This document shows positions 59,107 through 64,000 of a DNA stretch of 64,000 nucleotides, in pieces; within the stretch, counting starts at the first letter, position 1; every line of letters starts with the position of its first letter. The DNA comes from Azolla caroliniana. Its lineage: Eukaryota > Plantae > Polypodiophyta. The notes beneath the pieces are model-generated. The model saw nothing but the letters and a program-made list of their open reading frames with translations. It did no database searches and had not been told where the DNA came from. The DNA is taken from contig JBHGNT010000007.1 of NCBI GenBank assembly GCA_043228905.1, positions 13,144,001 to 13,208,000 of the forward strand, written 5' to 3'. The position numbers and the translations under genes were made by a program.

Positions 59107-62100
59107 TGTTACCGACTAGGAACACGGTCTGCGGTCAGTCCTTCGACCTAGACCTCCAAGTGATTGTGAAACAACGAATGGTGGTGTCTATGCGTAATGC
59201 ATAGGGGAATGTTCCCCGTAACCTATCAGCGTATAAGGTAGACGGCTACAACCGACTCCTTATCAGTGGTTACACTCACGTTCTTACACGCTCAGGTATT
59301 CCAGACACAGAGTAGATTAGCCGTAGCTATACACAGACTTTCAGAGAAGATAGAATTCTATTACTATACGCTTCTTTACATTCCAAAATACACACTCCCT
59401 CTAACAGAGGTTTTTCACCCTTTATATACGCAAGGTCTATTTAGCCATTCACGCTTCTTGCGTGAACCGTTACATGCGTTATGATCTTATATTATTTCTT
59501 ATTCCTACGCTCTTGTCCGTCGGTTACTATTCTGGCGGACAACACATGGCACGCCTGTGGGCTAGTGCCCTGGCACGTCGGACCCATCTCGTTAATCTTC
59601 TTCTAAAATGGCCCGGATGTTTGGCTCTGCTACGGTGTTCGCGTCTGGAGACGACGTAGGGTGTGGTGTGGCTCCCCTGTTTGGTCGAACTGGCTTCTCC
59701 CGATGTCGCAGTCGTCGTGTGTGGGCGGTCCGGGTACGATGCGCTGTTCTTGAGCTAGTGGGTTGGGCTCCGCCGTCGTCGTGCTTGCGGTCGGCCGCGA
59801 CTCTGTCTCAATCGTTACTTCCTCCATGGTGTCGCCCGTCTTTGTACGCTCCGGGGAGTGGGGCTGCGATTCCACCTAGCCTGCAACATTCTCCGTGTGG
59901 TCGCCGATAACGTGGGATCCTAATAATGGGGCTCCTCTTGGGTAGCGGTTTCGCTATCTGGTACTGTGGGGGACTCCGCTCGTCAGTTTGCGCTGTTCAC
60001 CGTCGTTGTAATTTCTGGTGATCTGGCCTGAGGTTCCTCTTCTTCGGCCATGTCTTGCATTGGCGTCGCGCTAGATTCCTCATTTGTTCGCGTGTTGCCG
60101 GTTTGTGTGATCTGGTGAAATAGCTCCTCCTGGCTTTCACCAAAATCATCTAAGAGCTGCGCAAGTTCTTCAGAATGTTGGTCCGCTAGCGCACGATAGT
60201 CTTGCACTAGGTCCTCGCATATGGCCGCAATGCTCTCCTCATTTAGTTTATAGAAACCTCAGCCGTCTTTTCGTTGGTTCTCCCAGTCCGCACGATACGC
60301 ATGCAATTCCGTTGCTTGGGTTGCCCACGCCATCCATCCTTTGTCCACCGCCGTTTTCAATTGCGTTGTGAACCTCTCCCAATTTTTTTGGAGAAGGACA
60401 CACACGTTGTCTGTGATGGCCTGGCAACGGTTGCGTGCGTCCTCCATCGACTTCTTAAGGTTTGCAATTTCTTGCTGCCTAACCGCCGCCGCTTCTTCGT
60501 ACGTGGTCTTCAGGCCACAGCTAGGATTCCTTTGCATATTGTTCTTCTAATTTTCCCATTTCATTGTTTAGGCGGATTTCAAGCTGATGCCTTCTTTGCT
60601 GTTCGACCACTAGCTGCTCGTCGAACCATACCTTCTTTTTCTCCAATAAGGCCTGGAGTTCCGCGATTGCCGCCTCCGATTTCTTCGCTTCATCCCGTAA
60701 TTGGGCGTTTTCATCTTTTGTCCGGATGTTCTAAGTTACCTCCGTAGCGAGTTTCTCTTCAAGGGTTTTTACTGCCTTCCGGCTGTTAGCTCGGATCTCC
60801 TTTTATCTGTCTGAGGATTGGCGTAGTTCAGCTCGCAGGCGGTCAATTTCAGATTCCGCTAGTTGCACGACCCTTTTCGCTTTTGAGGTGATGGCGGTCT
60901 GAGCCTCAATTTCTTCCTTCAAAGCGTTGATGGCATGGTCTGGTGGCGGAGTTGCGTGTTGCCCCGTAGTCGCGTTAGCTTCCAACTCCGTGGTGGGGAC
61001 GTCTTTGACCAATCCCCACCCATCTTTCCTGTCCAATCTACGCTGTTTCGGTCTGGGGCTATCCTGCCATGTTTCGGTGTCTGGCTCTGGGGCTGCTTCC
61101 AGGGAACGTGCCGACTATTCCTTCTGCGTTGTTCGTGTGACTAGTTGGGCGGGAGGTGTTGTCCGTGTGTCTGGCTGGGCGGGTTGGGGTTCCTCTTCCC
61201 ACTCTGGGGCAGCTAACTCCGCTAACCTGCGCTTCGCGGATCGGGGCGGGGGCGTGGGTCGGTTGGGCTGCGGTGCCGGCAGCCCTCGGGGTGGGAATAA
61301 CACCGTAAGGTACTGTTGTATGATCGGCCAGAGCTTTTTGCCTGTCTGATACACATGCAAACCTTCCCTTAACGTCGGCCTTGTGATGACCCCCCAATCG
61401 ATCGCATGCCCTTCAAAGGTATCGATAATGATGCCCGCCTTCTGCTTGGGCATCCCATATGCGTTGACATGTACGCAACCTACCTCTAACAGGAACTTGG
61501 CAACTTCACAAAAGAAGGGATCCGGGATCTGCTTCGTTCTATAGGCCTTGGCGGAGGAGGAATATGGCCCGAAATATCTCTGCAGTGCCTCTACAGGAGG
61601 GATTTCGAAATGCCTTTCGCCTAGCGATGACAGATCCAACTTTTTCCGGATGGAAGAGTTGGTGACCGTGTCGATGCTAAGCTTTCTGGCGATGTCCATG
61701 GCATCCGAGTGTGGGGGTGCCTCTGTGACCCGGATGTATCCATCCAGGCGTTTCTCCACGAGCCATCAACGTAAGGTAGTAGAGATGAAGATTGGCATCG
61801 CAAGAGTAGGTTCGTGGGGAGGAGACTGGTGGTTGTGGTGGGCTTTTGCTCTATGATAGGATGGAGGAGAAGGTGAGGGGGAGGAGCGATGGGAGCATTG
61901 ATAGTTAGAAGGTGGGTTTCTATTTTGTGCAGAAGATCTTCTATTTCCTTATTTTTGTGGCTTAGGGTTCATTGGGCAGTGAGCCATCGTGGTGCCATGT
62001 GTTCTTGAACTAGGAGTCTGTGCATGCATTTAGTCCTTTTAATAGTCGCTATCTTCTCGTTTTTTTTTTTCGTAACGGTTATATACAACCTATTTTTACA

Positions 62101-64000
62101 TAATGGTACAAGTGGGATCGTCTGTTTACGCCGCGGGTTCTCCGGCTCTGTCCTATTCGGTAGTGAATGGGTTAGGTGTTGTAGGGCCCAGGTAAGGTTT
62201 AAGGTGAAACCCATTCACCTTTTGCCGTAATACTTCCCCGGCCAACGTGCCTTGTTCCGCTCCAATTATCCAGTATGGGCCGGTCCAGCGGAATCGTAAC
62301 TTCCCTGGCATATGGCCCAAGCGGGTTTGGAAAACCAGCACCGCTCGACCGACGACGAACTCCTTTTCCCTTGCATTTCGATGCTGATCCACAAACGCTT
62401 TACGTTGTCGCTGTTCCTGCTCCAACACAGCCATGCTGTGTACGCATTTTTCCTTGAGTTCGAGTAACTGGTGGAGCCGTACCTCCTCCAACTGGGCTTC
62501 CGATAGTCGGTCCTGTACCTGAATCCGCAAACTGGGTACTTGGAATTCGACCAGCATCACAGCCTCTAGCCCAAACGCTAGTCGAAACGATGTTGACTGT
62601 ATGCTTGTTTTGTAGCTGGTTCTGTACGCCCATAACGCACTTTGTAATTTGGTATCCCAGTCCGTTCTATTTTCATTGACGATTTTCTTCAAGATGGTTT
62701 GCAACGTCTTGTTGGTGGATTCCGCTAACCCATTCGCCTGTGGATAATATGGCGTACTCTTCTTATGGACTACGGCGTACTCTTCTTATGTTAGTTCCCG
62801 AACCACTGTATTGAGAAAGTGACTCCCTTGGTCACTGATGAGCTCAATCGGACAGCCGAACCGGCACCAGATGTGCTCGTAAAGGAATCTCGCTGTGACG
62901 GCCACCGTATTTTCTCATAGTGCCTTGCTTCTACCCACTTGGTGCAATAATCCGTGGCTACCAATATGTATTTATTGCCCGTACGGGCTGCCGCCGGTGT
63001 GAAGTGGCCCACAAAATCCAATCCCCACTTTTGGAAGGGGTCTAGCGGTAATACGGGCTGGTGTGGCATCCTTGCGCCCTCCGTGGGCTGGCCCATCCGT
63101 TGACACAAATCACACTCTCTACAATACTCGGAGGCGTCCTTCTATGTTGTCAGCCACCATAAGCCTGCCTGCCATATTTTCCGAGCTGTAACATCGCCTG
63201 CGTAATGGCCTGGCTGCCTGCCGTGCCACAGTGCGCCTCTCGTAAAACTGCTTCTTTCTCATCTTGATGTACCCCACGTCGCCAATTCCGTCACTTTGTG
63301 ATATAAAAATCCTTCTACGAGGCAGAAGTTACAGCTTCGGACAACTAGTCGTTTCTTCTCGTACGTGCGTAATTGTGGTGGAGGCAGTCCCATAGTAAGA
63401 AAGTATATCATTTCCATAAGCCACCGGTCCGGAAAGGTCGATTCCGTTCTCTCTGCTAGTGTTGTTACCCGCAAGATGTCGGCGTCCGGAAAATCATCGT
63501 CATCTCTCTGTACTGTTTCTCCATTCTCGAGTCTGCTCAAAAAATCTACCACTGCGTGTTGCATCCTTGGTCGGTGCTGGATTACAAAATCGAATTCTTG
63601 AAGCAGTAGCATCCATCGCGCCAATTTCCCTGTCAGGGCTTGTTTCTCCACCAAATACAGCAGCGACGAATGATCCACGTGGAACGTGAATTTCCTCCCT
63701 AGTAAATAATGCCGGAATTTATTGATGCTATAGATCATCCCTAACGCCTCTCGCTCCGTTGTGGAATAGTTACGCTCTGATGTTGATAATTTTCGATTAG
63801 CATAGTACACTAGCCGATACCAGTTTGGTTCGGTGAGCTGCATTAGCGCACTTCCTATTGCTATGTCTGAGGCGTCGACGAACACGTGGAATGGCTTCGC
63901 CCAAACTGGTGGTTGTACGACGGGGGCCTGTGTGAGCATTATCTTAAGTACCTCATGGGCCTTGTCCTCCGTTGCGGTCCATTGGAAGGGAGTCCGACTC
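59107..64000 (-). mobile_element. Element J: Gypsy of the G/H lineage, running off the right edge
   Basis: LTR 59107-59544; degenerate extra ORF ~59600-61800; integrase 62153-63260; RNase H 63259-63939. Confidence 0.9.

Overview
Plant nuclear DNA, probably a large-genome fern. That assignment is an inference from the TE-filled introns, Tcn1-type chromoviruses and microsatellite-bearing LTRs. Positions 678-11180 hold the first five coding exons (minus strand) of a Tas-like aldo-keto reductase gene that runs off the left edge; its 7.5-kb intron 4 contains a deleted Gypsy element. From 12354 to the end, the window is a nest of LTR retrotransposons that can be ordered from paired LTRs and target-site duplications (TSDs). 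An old ~5.4-kb chromovirus (A, 12354-~57580) contains Copia B, truncated element C, young chromovirus D and Copia E. E contains solo LTR F, truncated Gypsy G and a same-family Copia E2, and E2 contains full-length Gypsy H. Beyond A lie a Gypsy fragment, element K and Gypsy J. Four observations stand out. (1) Three related Gypsy families (G, H, J) have a tRNA-Arg-complementary site where the polypurine tract (PPT) should be, and H has tRNA-complementary sites at both ends, suggesting two-tRNA priming. (2) Antisense tRNA-like A-box/B-box cassettes sit in the U3 of several unrelated LTR families. (3) A and D have covarying Tf1-type self-priming sites and a shared -1 frameshift hairpin. (4) G, H and J share a large extra ORF. 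All coordinates were read by eye and no database searches were run.
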